From Candidatus Hermodarchaeota archaeon (GTDB lineage Archaea; Asgardarchaeota; Lokiarchaeia; Sigyniarchaeales; SOKP01): 46,391 nucleotides of DNA. Positions 36,742 to 46,391 of this stretch are shown piece by piece (the first letter of the stretch is position 1; each line of letters opens with the position of its first letter). The stretch is from assembly GCA_048885925.1 (NCBI GenBank), contig JBHLLG010000020.1, forward strand, positions 1-46,391, given 5' to 3'. Below the pieces are notes generated by a model that was not told the DNA's origin, did no database searches, and was given only the letters and a program-made list of their open reading frames with translations. A program made the position numbers and the translations under genes.

Positions 36742-39429
36742 TTAAATTTTTATAATTTTCCATTTTAATGAATCATTTGGTTCGCTTCTACCAGTTAATA
36801 TTACTTTATCTTCTTCAATTACTAACTCTACCTCTTTACCATTGATCTCAACACCCCTAATTTGCTTGAATTCATCTTTATTCAATTTCAATTTAACTTT
36901 CCACTCTCCTTTAACAAGAGGAGCGTACCACCCTGAATATCCCTTAATTGATTTATTGAATCCTAATAAACGAGAGGAGAATGAATATTCTTCTTTGGGT
37001 ATTATAGGTGAAAAAACTACTCCTTCAGCAGTAAATTCTGCTCCTATCAAATGTATAGTATTATATAATGGCCATGCATGGCTATGAAGATTCATAATAG
37101 GGAAATCTGTAAAGCTTAAACCCGTGGATGTAAGAATCTTTGACTCATCCTTGGGATCTCCGGTAAAATGAATTGGATTAAAAACAGTATGACCTGGATA
37201 TTTAGATAAAATAGAGTTATATGTATCTGGACCACTCCATATTCCATACCATATATCTGGATAACTTTCAGCATGAAAACAAAGTGTATTTTTTTTCCAT
37301 TCATCCCATGCCATATTCCCATCCACTTTAGACAAAGCCCATATCAAAGTTCCATTTATAGAATACCAAATACCCGCATTTGCTCCCATACCTATGATTT
37401 TACTTTCAAATCCCTTACTGTGAAGCATAGCACCAATTTTTGATGGATTCCGTAATAAAAGATTGATATTTTGAACTAAGATTTTTGCTTGTTCTTGATT
37501 TGTTATTTCCCCAATAATTGACCAAGATTGAGGCTCTAACCATATTTGATCTTCTCCAAACCATCCTATATCTTCTGTTATCCATGCACGTTTAAACCAT
37601 TTACCTGTCCACTGAGCACGAACAGCCTCACTTTGAGCTTTAGCATATTTCAAAACCTGTTCAGCTAAAGTGTTTTCACCAATAAAGTTTAACATCTCAG
37701 CATAAAATCTAAGAGTATAAGTAGCCATAGCTGAATTCAAAACACTTTCTCCATTTTTTCGAACCTCGCTTAATTTCTCATCTGGAACTAATCCTAATAA
37801 AATTGTATCATTCCAATCACCAACAGATAATCGTTGAATTCCGTGGCGACCCGGGCCAGTTATTTCAGTAAAATGCTTATAGCACCTATTTAACAATTCT
37901 CTTACAGTTGATTTTCCTGCGTTACGACCATAAAGAGGATAAGTAGGAATTTCTTCGTTAAGAAAACTTTTTTCCCTAGTTATAAGAACATATTCACTAA
38001 CTAACCAAAGAAGCCATAACTCGAAATCACTTGATTTTGCCCAGTCGAATGTCATACCAAAACCTATAATAGAATATGGTATTTCTCCGTCTTCCCGTAC
38101 TTCTTTTAGAGAATATCTGAGAACTTCTTTCACAATTTCTGATTGAATATATAAAAATGGTTTAACATGCTGTAATGGATCACGAACAGCACCTTGAAAA
38201 CCCATAATATATTGGTATATTAATCCTTGTGAAAGAATATGCTCTTGAAAGAAACTATCATAAGTCATAGCACTTCTTAAATAATAATTGTGCCATATAA
38301 GTTCTCTATTTATCCAAGGTTCCTCAGGAATGTTTAGTAACATATTATTCTTTTTCCAACATTTGCTTGACTTTCTCCATAAATTAGATTTATCTTTTTT
38401 GTATTTATTAATGAGAGAGTCGAGATCGAAACCCTCTGGAAGATATCCAAAGATAAAATATAATGTTTGACTCTCTGAAGGGTTTAAATGTATTTTTTCT
38501 TTAATAAACATTGCATTTCCATCATTAGAGATTGTCTCTTTCAAATTAAAAACTGTTTTTATCCCTTTAGGTGATTCTATTTCTCCATTAGTGAAGAATA
38601 AAGAGTCATTTGTACTCAACCCATCTACAATTTCGTCAAGAGAAATTAAAAATGTTGATGGAGGTTCTTTGTCATCATAGGCTGGTTTTTTAGCTCGAGG
38701 TTTTTTACTTTTTTCTATTCTGTTAGACTCAATATATTTTGAATCTAAGAGTCCCTTACCCTCGCTTATAATTTTGAATTCATGTTCAAATTTTTCACTA
38801 AACTCTCGTCTAAGTTTTCTAGTAATTGAATAATCTTTTTCTTTCAAACCATTACCAAAAGATAAAAATGAAAATTGATACATAAAGCAACCCCAATATT
38901 CAACCCAACTTAGATTTACTGCCACTTCACGATTATTTTTAATTGTAACTTGAGATACTAGAATTGGATCATCACCATATGGAGCAAAAATTACTTGATC
39001 TAATATGTATCCACCATCTTCAACAGTTTTTCGATAATACCCCACTCCAAATATTCTTTCAAAATATAAATTATTTCCTTTATAGAAAGTGCTTATTGTA
39101 CGTTCTCCATCGGTTAAATATCCGAATCCCCCAGCATAATGCTTATATTCAGGATCATAAACATTAAGAAATTTTGGTCCTCCTTCATCTTGTCTAACTT
39201 GAATATAACCATAATTAGATGCAACAGCAACTAATCGTTCATTTCCAACTTGATGCCAGTGATCTGTTTTACTGTGCCATACTTCATTCATGGGGGTAAT
39301 TGCTTTAGGATCATTGATTTGATCACAAGTATAACGATAAGCAGGTAATCCGAATTCATCTTCAATCCATTCACCAAAATATCCAGAACCAAATGCTTTT
39401 TTTTTCATATATTGAAAGAGTAATATCAA
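36742..39429 (-). CDS. GH94-like glycoside phosphorylase/hydrolase
   Basis: Motifs G..RDPLQH, GDWND, ESVLNS, WF.RAW, IWLEPQ.W and GIW. Probable start MKKKAFG. Confidence 0.75.
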   Translation of the reverse strand: MILLFQYMKKKAFGSGYFGEWIEDEFGLPAYRYTCDQINDPKAITPMNEVWHSKTDHWHQVGNERLVAVASNYGYIQVRQDEGGPKFLNVYDPEYKHYAGGFGYLTDGERTISTFYKGNNLYFERIFGVGYYRKTVEDGGYILDQVIFAPYGDDPILVSQVTIKNNREVAVNLSWVEYWGCFMYQFSFLSFGNGLKEKDYSITRKLRREFSEKFEHEFKIISEGKGLLDSKYIESNRIEKSKKPRAKKPAYDDKEPPSTFLISLDEIVDGLSTNDSLFFTNGEIESPKGIKTVFNLKETISNDGNAMFIKEKIHLNPSESQTLYFIFGYLPEGFDLDSLINKYKKDKSNLWRKSSKCWKKNNMLLNIPEEPWINRELIWHNYYLRSAMTYDSFFQEHILSQGLIYQYIMGFQGAVRDPLQHVKPFLYIQSEIVKEVLRYSLKEVREDGEIPYSIIGFGMTFDWAKSSDFELWLLWLVSEYVLITREKSFLNEEIPTYPLYGRNAGKSTVRELLNRCYKHFTEITGPGRHGIQRLSVGDWNDTILLGLVPDEKLSEVRKNGESVLNSAMATYTLRFYAEMLNFIGENTLAEQVLKYAKAQSEAVRAQWTGKWFKRAWITEDIGWFGEDQIWLEPQSWSIIGEITNQEQAKILVQNINLLLRNPSKIGAMLHSKGFESKIIGMGANAGIWYSINGTLIWALSKVDGNMAWDEWKKNTLCFHAESYPDIWYGIWSGPDTYNSILSKYPGHTVFNPIHFTGDPKDESKILTSTGLSFTDFPIMNLHSHAWPLYNTIHLIGAEFTAEGVVFSPIIPKEEYSFSSRLLGFNKSIKGYSGWYAPLVKGEWKVKLKLNKDEFKQIRGVEINGKEVELVIEEDKVILTGRSEPNDSLKWKIIKI

Positions 39430-39496
39430 TAATACTATTAATATTAATAAAATCTTAGCACTTATTAAATAAAGTCTTTAAAGTAACATTACTTTT

Positions 39497-40282
39497 TTGC
39501 TTTATAAATTAATAGAACTGATATTCATGGCTTATTCAGTAGAAAATCTGCTTATTGATCTTGGAATTGTTGGAATAGATTATCTCTACATCTTGTCTAC
39601 GGTTTTCATTCCTTTAATATTAAAGAGAAAAAATAAAATATCAAAATTTACAGCAAGAAAAGCTATCCATTTGTTTGCTGGAATGGTGATATTGAGTATA
39701 CCTTTTTTTATTTGGCCATTTTGGGCGACTATAGTCGCAAGTTCGATTACATTAGCTTTATTTTTTAGTTCAAAAGAATCAAAAGTAAAACAATTAAAAG
39801 AATTATATGATGCAATTGGTGAAGAAGCAGAGGAGAAAGTAGGTTTTCTACAAGGTCCATTTTTCTATGCGTTATCTATTACAACTCTAGTAACATTTTT
39901 TGCGATTTTTGCTCCAGATCAAATGTATTTCCCTATTGCTGGAGTATTAATCATGATTATAGCTGATACATTAGCTTCAGTTATAGGAAAAAGGTGGGGA
40001 AAAGTTAGTTTATGTCTTAAGTATACTAATTCAAAAAGGACCTTGGAGGGAAGTTTAACATTCTTAGGAACTGCATTTTTATTATGTTTCCTTTCCTTTT
40101 ACTTATTTGGTGTTTTGTTTAATTCCTTCCAAAAATCATTATCCTTTCCTACTATTTTAATGTATTCATTAATTACCAGTGGAATTGCTACTATAATTGA
40201 ATTATTTTCTCCAAGCACCTATGATGATTTAACAGTCCCAATGGGAAGTACATTGATAATATATCTTTTAACATTAATTTAA
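39497..40282 (+). CDS. CTP-dependent isoprenoid-alcohol kinase (phytol/dolichol kinase family)
   Basis: Motifs RKAIHL, GP.FY, ADTLASVIG.RWG, KRTLEGS and E..SP..YDDLTVP; multi-TM. Confidence 0.8.
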   Translation: MLYKLIELIFMAYSVENLLIDLGIVGIDYLYILSTVFIPLILKRKNKISKFTARKAIHLFAGMVILSIPFFIWPFWATIVASSITLALFFSSKESKVKQLKELYDAIGEEAEEKVGFLQGPFFYALSITTLVTFFAIFAPDQMYFPIAGVLIMIIADTLASVIGKRWGKVSLCLKYTNSKRTLEGSLTFLGTAFLLCFLSFYLFGVLFNSFQKSLSFPTILMYSLITSGIATIIELFSPSTYDDLTVPMGSTLIIYLLTLI

Positions 40283-40337
40283 TTTATCCAATTTTTATTA
40301 TAATCTAAATAAATATTAAATTTTAAAATTAGTTGAC

Positions 40338-41726
40338 ATGGAAAACATACAAAAATCCTTTGATGTATTAATAGTTGGTGCTGGTACAGGCGGAACTACA
40401 GCTGCGAGATTTGCCGCAAAAAAAGGATTAAAAGTATGTTTAATTGATAGGAAGGAAAAATTAAAAATTGGAGATAAAATATGTGGCGATGCTGTTGGGA
40501 ATGATATCTTTGATTTTCTTAACATAAATCATCCAAAAAGTGAAGAACTATCTTGTTACATAAAAGGAGCAAAATTATTTTCCCCAAATCTTAAGAAATG
40601 TATTACTTTGTTAGATCCTAAACAAGCAGGATACATTGTAAATAGGTTAGAATTTGGACAAAGATTATTGAATGAAGCTCTCGATGCTGGTATAAATCAA
40701 TTTTTAGATAATACAATGGCTTTAGATCTATTATACAAAAATGGAACTGTAAAAGGGCTAAAAGTTAAATTAGAAAATGGAGAAAAATTGGATCTTAATG
40801 CAAAAATCGTAATTGATGCAAGTGGTTTTTATTCTCCCTTAAGAAAGAAAATAACAAGTTCTTTAATAGAAAAGGATATTTTAAAAGAAGATAGTATTCT
40901 CTGTTATCGTGAAATAGTGAAATTTTCTGCTATGGATCAAGATGTTAAAGATCCTGAGTATATAACAATAATTCTCGATCAAGAAAAAGCTCCGGGAGGT
41001 TATATTTGGTATTTTCCTAAAAGTGAATCTTCTTTAAACATTGGACTCGGAACTTTCATGGATTATCATGGACATTTAAAAGATCTTTATCAAAAACATG
41101 CATTTCAGGAGTTTATTAAAACATCAAATTACGAAATTGTATCTTCTGGAGGGGGTGTAGTTCCCGTAAGAAGACCTCTATGGTCTTGTGCGGATAATGG
41201 AATTTTATTTATTGGAGATGCAGCTTGCCAAGTGAATCCCCTCCATGGAGGAGGAATTGATCCTTCAATGAGAGCTGGATTTCATGCAGCAAACTCTACA
41301 TTAGATGCAATTGAGAGTTCAGATTATTCTATATCTAAATTATGGAATTATAATTATAATGTAATGAGTAGTTTTGGAGCTGAGTTTGCAGCATTAGATT
41401 TATTAAGAATTGTGCTACAATCTCTCTCTAATGAGGACTTAAATTTTGGTTTGGAACGTGATTTATTAAGTGGAGATGAGATTTTAGAGATATCCTCGAC
41501 TGGGAGCTTAAATTTATCATTAGTGAACATGGCAGTAAAAGCTTTTAAAGGGATCTCCCGTCCTAACTTGTTATTAGACTTAAATTATCTCAGAATAAAA
41601 ATGAGAGAAATCTCCAAATTATATAAGAACTTTCCAGAAAATGTTGATGCTTTTTCAAGTTGGAAAGAAAAAGTTATAGAAATTTATGATAAAATTAATA
41701 AAATGATTGTTAAAAGAAAAAAATAA
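40338..41726 (+). CDS. Digeranylgeranylglycerophospholipid (geranylgeranyl) reductase
   Basis: Motifs GAGTGG, K.CGD, APGGYIWYFPK (YxWxFP) and GDAACQVNPLHGGGI. Confidence 0.9.
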   Translation: MENIQKSFDVLIVGAGTGGTTAARFAAKKGLKVCLIDRKEKLKIGDKICGDAVGNDIFDFLNINHPKSEELSCYIKGAKLFSPNLKKCITLLDPKQAGYIVNRLEFGQRLLNEALDAGINQFLDNTMALDLLYKNGTVKGLKVKLENGEKLDLNAKIVIDASGFYSPLRKKITSSLIEKDILKEDSILCYREIVKFSAMDQDVKDPEYITIILDQEKAPGGYIWYFPKSESSLNIGLGTFMDYHGHLKDLYQKHAFQEFIKTSNYEIVSSGGGVVPVRRPLWSCADNGILFIGDAACQVNPLHGGGIDPSMRAGFHAANSTLDAIESSDYSISKLWNYNYNVMSSFGAEFAALDLLRIVLQSLSNEDLNFGLERDLLSGDEILEISSTGSLNLSLVNMAVKAFKGISRPNLLLDLNYLRIKMREISKLYKNFPENVDAFSSWKEKVIEIYDKINKMIVKRKK

Positions 41727-41740
41727 ATTGTTTTTAAGAT

Positions 41741-42568
41741 GTGAAATTTGTGGTTGATATAGTAATGGATGAGTATATTGAAAAAAATACATATGAATAT
41801 ATCATCAAAAAAATTAATAATGATGGTGCTTTACATTTCTCTCTAATAGACCCAGATCCATTAAGACAAGGTCCCAATAAAGCAGCAAAGATGGCAAAGT
41901 ATGCTGAAGATGCTGGAACTGATGCTATTTTAATTGGAGGAAGTACAGTTTTTGATCAAAGCTTTGTTGATAAAACAATTCAGGCAATAAAGAGTAAAGT
42001 TAAAGTCCCAATAATCATTTTCCCCGGAGGTATTAGTAATGTATCTCAATATGCTGATGCCATTTTTTTCATGTCGTTATTGAATTCTTCAGATCCTTAT
42101 TTTTTGATTGGTCAGCAAGCACTTGCATCATATACTATCAAATCGTATAACCTTGAATATATTTCAATGGCATACTTAGTAATAGAACCTGGAGGAAGTG
42201 CTGGATGGATCGGAGATGCTAAATTATTACCTAGAAACAAGCCAAAATTGACTGCTGCTTATGCTTTAGCAGCTGAAATGTTTGGGTTCAAAATTATATA
42301 TTTAGAGGCTGGTTCTGGCGGTGAAAAAATTCCAACAGAACACATAAAAACGTGTTCATCAATCTTAAACATTCCTATAATTACTGGAGGAGGAGTTGAT
42401 TGTAAAGAAGATGCCAAAGCATTTGTTGAAGCTGGAGCAGATATTATTGTAATGGGAACATTCATCGAAAATCATATCCTTAAAGATAATGGTAACTCCT
42501 TAAAAGAAGTGATTGAGGAAATTAAAAATACTGGAAAAACTCAAAAAAAGAAATTTACTATAAGATGA
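41741..42568 (+). CDS. Geranylgeranylglyceryl phosphate synthase (group II)
   Basis: Motifs HFSLIDPD, DAILIGGS, IFPG, FMSLLNS.DPYFLIG, YLEAGSG and TGGG. Confidence 0.93.
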   Translation: MKFVVDIVMDEYIEKNTYEYIIKKINNDGALHFSLIDPDPLRQGPNKAAKMAKYAEDAGTDAILIGGSTVFDQSFVDKTIQAIKSKVKVPIIIFPGGISNVSQYADAIFFMSLLNSSDPYFLIGQQALASYTIKSYNLEYISMAYLVIEPGGSAGWIGDAKLLPRNKPKLTAAYALAAEMFGFKIIYLEAGSGGEKIPTEHIKTCSSILNIPIITGGGVDCKEDAKAFVEAGADIIVMGTFIENHILKDNGNSLKEVIEEIKNTGKTQKKKFTIR

Positions 42569-42581
42569 GTTGTGATTCTTA

Positions 42582-43460
42582 ATGAAATTTAAAGATGCCA
42601 TTGTTATTCTTCGGCCAATTAATGATATAATGGGAAGTTTAACAGTTATTATTGGTATCATTAATACTCGATTGGGAATTGGTTTTGAAAGAATCATCAT
42701 TAATATAATTCTTGGAGTGCTAACCTATTTTTTTATTGCAGGTTCAGGAATGGTGATAAATGATATTTATGATGTTGAAATTGATAAAATAAATCGACCA
42801 GAACGACCAATTCCTAGAGGAGCTATAACTCTCCGAGAAGCAAAATACTTATATGCAGGAGTTTTTATTTTAGGATTAATAATTTCTATAATTCACAGTA
42901 TAATGTACAATTTGCTATTTTTAAATGTAATTATTGCAGCATTTTTTGGTTTTATGGGGTGGATATATGCAAAATGGGGAAAAAGAAGTGGATTTTTTGG
43001 AAACATAATCGTCAGTGTATCTTTTTCTATTGGTTTCATATATGGCGCAATTTTAAATAGCTCAAATATTCCCATTTATATTTATCTCTTCTTTTTAAAT
43101 AGTATTTTTAGTTTATTATCTCGCGAAATTATAAAGGGATGCGAAGATATTGAGGGTGATAAAGAATTAGGAGTACATACTTTAGCTATTAAAATCGGGA
43201 TACAGAGAACTCCTTACATTTCAATGACTTTTGCGTTTTTATCTATACTATTCTTCATACTTGCAGCATTCACAGACTTAATAAATTGGTTAGCTTTTTC
43301 AATTTCAATGATTCCTGGTATAGTGTTAGTATTTTATGCTGCAATATTAATGCCTAAAAAGAATTTGGATAAAAAAAATTTCTCAAAAATAAGTTTATTA
43401 TTAAAAATAGGAATGTTTTTGGGGTTAATTGCTGTTATTTTAGCTAGTATTGAAGTTTAA
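42582..43460 (+). CDS. Digeranylgeranylglyceryl phosphate synthase (UbiA family)
   Basis: Motifs NDIYDVEIDKINRPERPIPRG and REIIKGCEDIEGD...G..TL; follows the GGGPS gene. Confidence 0.9.
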   Translation: MKFKDAIVILRPINDIMGSLTVIIGIINTRLGIGFERIIINIILGVLTYFFIAGSGMVINDIYDVEIDKINRPERPIPRGAITLREAKYLYAGVFILGLIISIIHSIMYNLLFLNVIIAAFFGFMGWIYAKWGKRSGFFGNIIVSVSFSIGFIYGAILNSSNIPIYIYLFFLNSIFSLLSREIIKGCEDIEGDKELGVHTLAIKIGIQRTPYISMTFAFLSILFFILAAFTDLINWLAFSISMIPGIVLVFYAAILMPKKNLDKKNFSKISLLLKIGMFLGLIAVILASIEV

Positions 43461-43462
43461 AA

Positions 43463-44905
43463 TTATCTACTTTTATTATCTTTATATTTTTTTAAAAATT
43501 GAATTATACCATCAAAATTCTTATTTATTATTAAACCATTTAAGATAACTTTATCATTTGAATTCAGGTTAATTATAGGAAATGTTTCTATTAAAAATCT
43601 TGCTTGAGTTAACCCCAAATATTTTCTTGTATATTCGGCTTTAGAATATTTATATGTAGTAAGAAATTCACTGTCTAATCTTTCTCTAAAGGCTTCTAAT
43701 ATAAAATTAAAATAATTTTTCAATAATCTTTGATCATCTCTACTAATCATCGGTTCTATGAATAACTGAATTGGATGAGTTCTATATGTATTCCCTGAAA
43801 CATAAATCCCTTCAACTCCAAAATCCTCACTAATTATTCCTAAGCCAACCCTACCATTATAAGAACCTGTATCAACAGTTCGAATGTATAAAATATTTGA
43901 TTCAATTTTAGCTTTCAATTTATTATTAACATGAAGACTTAGCTTCTTGTATTCATTATTTTGATAATTATTAGCATCTATAACAGTGAGTTTATTTTCC
44001 CCTTTATTTTCAAGAATTTCTCCTTTTAGTAAATAATATTTAACAATTATGGGTTTTTCTATATGAAATTCTTTGAGAAATTCATCAAATTCAGAGCCAG
44101 CGCGGTATCTAAATTCCGGTTTTAGTAAATATTCTTTTATAATTCTTTTATTCTGTTTTTTGATCTTAATTCCATTGAATTTTGCATTTTCATCTTTAGG
44201 TGTTTTTTTTCTCTTAAAAAAACCAATACAGATATTAGTTCCTGTATATTCAAACACTTTTATTTCAAATATTTTCATTTTATTAATATAATAATATTTT
44301 AGGAAATCAACACGAAATTTATTAGAAACAGATGCACCAAATAAGAAATTTGATGGAATTATATAAATCAAATTTTGAATGTTATTCCTTAGATCATTTA
44401 TCATAGCGATTTGGTATAAATCTTGATAACCCTCATTTTTACCACTAAAAAGCTGCAAGTATTTTTGGGTCTCTTTGTGTTTTCTTATATATCCTAAATA
44501 GAGATATGGGGGATTTGTAATATGAAATAAGGAGAATTGAAGCTTATTTAAAAAGATAGGAAAGTTCTCTAAATTATCCCGTAACTGAATATTATTAATG
44601 GCAATCTCTGAAGGAATACCATAATTCTCGGCATTATTGATACATTTTCGTACCATTTCTGGCTGTATATCAAACAAATAAATATGCTCTGTAAAAAATT
44701 GGATTCTCTTATCAAAAGAGATGATATCTAAAATAGGTAGAATCAAATTACCTTCCCCTGCATACAAATCTATCCATGCATAATCCCAGAGTTTTTCTTG
44801 AATTTCCGGTAGTATGTATTTTAAAAAAATATCTCTTGAAGTTAAATGAACACCTAAAGACCTTCGATGTTTATTATCTTCAAAATAATCTCTTTTATTT
44901 TTCAT
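43463..44905 (-). CDS. N6-adenine DNA methyltransferase-like protein, orphan
   Basis: Motifs LGVHLT, DLYAGEG (SAM binding), TNPPY, DLYQ and IIPSNFL. Confidence 0.8.
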   Translation of the reverse strand: MKNKRDYFEDNKHRRSLGVHLTSRDIFLKYILPEIQEKLWDYAWIDLYAGEGNLILPILDIISFDKRIQFFTEHIYLFDIQPEMVRKCINNAENYGIPSEIAINNIQLRDNLENFPIFLNKLQFSLFHITNPPYLYLGYIRKHKETQKYLQLFSGKNEGYQDLYQIAMINDLRNNIQNLIYIIPSNFLFGASVSNKFRVDFLKYYYINKMKIFEIKVFEYTGTNICIGFFKRKKTPKDENAKFNGIKIKKQNKRIIKEYLLKPEFRYRAGSEFDEFLKEFHIEKPIIVKYYLLKGEILENKGENKLTVIDANNYQNNEYKKLSLHVNNKLKAKIESNILYIRTVDTGSYNGRVGLGIISEDFGVEGIYVSGNTYRTHPIQLFIEPMISRDDQRLLKNYFNFILEAFRERLDSEFLTTYKYSKAEYTRKYLGLTQARFLIETFPIINLNSNDKVILNGLIINKNFDGIIQFLKKYKDNKSR

Positions 44906-45033
44906 ATATTGATGATATTTCTTCTCTCGCTTCTATCAGTTTAAGTTCTAATCTTATAATCTGAATAAAAGATTAATTGATTTTTAAGAATATACAGATA
45001 ATTTTATTAATAACTTATTCTCAATAATAGTTT

Positions 45034-46391
45034 ATGATTAATTGGACTATAATGTTTTTTTTCCAACTATATTCTTTTGGATATCTAAATCTCGAACAAA
45101 TTTTTATTACTAATTTACTGTTGTTAGTAATTTTTAGAGGCTTCTATATTGTTAGCTATTATTTCAACTATTATAAAGACTACAACAAAGAACTAGGAGA
45201 GAATATAAAAATTTTCACTACAAATGAGAAAATATACTTTAGTATTAAGCAGATTTCAATTATACTATTTGCAATGATCTACTTTCCTATAACAATTTTT
45301 GTATGCTTTTATTCACTCTTAGTTAGTAGCACTTTTATTAAACAAATCGGAGAAAATCTTCGATTAAAACCATTGAAACCCTTAGCAAAATTAATGAATA
45401 TCCTCGCACCATTAATAGGAATTTTATGGTTTCTTTTAATTGAAGTAGATTATTATTCAGTTGCAGCAGTAGGGATAAGCTTATTAGCGTATTTACACTA
45501 TGGATTAAAGACATCTACTCTTCCTCTTTCTAAATTGATAGAAAAATATAATAAACGCTATTTTAATAAAGTCCCTAGAGCCGTTCAAATTATCTTTATG
45601 TTTCTTTTAATTGCTGTGCCAACTACAATTCTCTCACTATTGGGTGTTTACGCTCCCCAAAGCAAAAAAACTTATATGATTGAAATGAGAGATGGAGTTA
45701 AACTAGCCACTGATGTTTACTTAGCTCCCGGGTCATTCGGAACACCTAGACCTGTCATACTAATAAGAACACCCTATGGGAAAAATGGAATGGGGATGTA
45801 TCAAACATTTTATTCAACTCAAGATTATCATTTAGTTATTCAAGATTTGAGAGGAACACATGATTCAGAGGGAGGAGATAAGTTCTTGTTGTTTACTAAA
45901 TCATATCAAGATGGGGTTGATACCATTGATTGGATTTTAAGTCAAAGTTGGTGTAACGGTAAAATAGCTAGTTCTGGTGCTTCTGCTCTCTGTATTAATC
46001 AATTCTTTTATGCTGGTATGGCTCCTGAAGGATTAGTGGCGCAACAATTATGGTTTGGGACACCTGAACTATTTGATCATGCAATTTACCAAGGATCATA
46101 CCATAAATCATCTGTAGAAACATGGCTACAAAGTACAACTCCAGATAATTGGCGATATCAACTCGATATACTATTTTCTTATTCTAGTCCTAAAAATGAA
46201 ACTATGTATAACTCAACATCTTTATCAATACCAATCGGACCACATTATTCAAACGTTTCTGTAGCTGGGATTCACGTTGGAGGATGGTATGACCATTTCC
46301 TTCAAGGTACAATCGATGGTTATATTGGATATGATGATTTTGGTGCTGCTAGTGCTCGTGGAAAACAAAAATTAATAATGGGTCCATGGAC
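45034..46391 (+). CDS. CocE/NonD family serine hydrolase with N-terminal multi-TM region, 3'-partial
   Basis: Not in the ORF track because it runs off the window end. Open frame from ATG 45034 containing MIEMRDGVKLATDVY..PRPVILIRTPYGK, QDLRG..DSEG, WCNGKIASSGASA, GGWYD and MGPW. Confidence 0.85.
   Translation, partial: MINWTIMFFFQLYSFGYLNLEQIFITNLLLLVIFRGFYIVSYYFNYYKDYNKELGENIKIFTTNEKIYFSIKQISIILFAMIYFPITIFVCFYSLLVSSTFIKQIGENLRLKPLKPLAKLMNILAPLIGILWFLLIEVDYYSVAAVGISLLAYLHYGLKTSTLPLSKLIEKYNKRYFNKVPRAVQIIFMFLLIAVPTTILSLLGVYAPQSKKTYMIEMRDGVKLATDVYLAPGSFGTPRPVILIRTPYGKNGMGMYQTFYSTQDYHLVIQDLRGTHDSEGGDKFLLFTKSYQDGVDTIDWILSQSWCNGKIASSGASALCINQFFYAGMAPEGLVAQQLWFGTPELFDHAIYQGSYHKSSVETWLQSTTPDNWRYQLDILFSYSSPKNETMYNSTSLSIPIGPHYSNVSVAGIHVGGWYDHFLQGTIDGYIGYDDFGAASARGKQKLIMGPW

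Noticed and set aside
44909-44964. TGATGA...CTGA spacing resembling a C/D sRNA
   Set aside because: No internal D'/C' boxes or terminal stem; such motifs are expected by chance in AT-rich DNA.
755-44964. Numerous short antisense or overlapping ORFs in the track (e.g. 755..994, 4190..4663, 6540..6914, 30951..31265)
   Set aside because: They are shadow ORFs of well-supported genes on the opposite strand or in another frame, with no recognisable motifs.
1-46391. Transposases, integrases, CRISPR arrays, rRNA genes, and further in-frame introns
   Set aside because: None were recognised by eye. In-frame introns (multiples of 3 nt) cannot be excluded without a covariance-model scan.

Overview
AT-rich archaeal chromosomal segment, inferred to come from an Asgard archaeon (Lokiarchaeia/Promethearchaeota-like). 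The inference rests on an Asgard-type gelsolin protein, Loki-style zinc ribbons, archaeal ribosomal proteins and ether-lipid genes. The window holds the eL14 3' end, an intron-containing tRNA-Ser(GGA), the uL11-uL1-uL10-P1-secY-DUF106 run, scattered shikimate genes, uS2, three LITAF-like membrane zinc ribbons, two orphan adenine methyltransferases, carbohydrate-related enzymes and an ether-lipid operon. The main discovery is three small, mutually similar bulge-helix-bulge (BHB) introns of 28, 29 and 31 nt inside protein-coding genes. One lies in rpl11 (5250-5277). Two lie in a 58-aa zinc-ribbon gene missed by the ORF track (12486-12516 and 12534-12562), separated by a 17-nt micro-exon. In all three, cutting at the canonical BHB positions exactly restores the reading frame. 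This suggests a family of possibly mobile, tRNA-endonuclease-spliced pre-mRNA introns in an Asgard archaeon. Splicing is inferred from DNA only and needs RNA evidence. All family assignments come from motif recognition, with no database searches.
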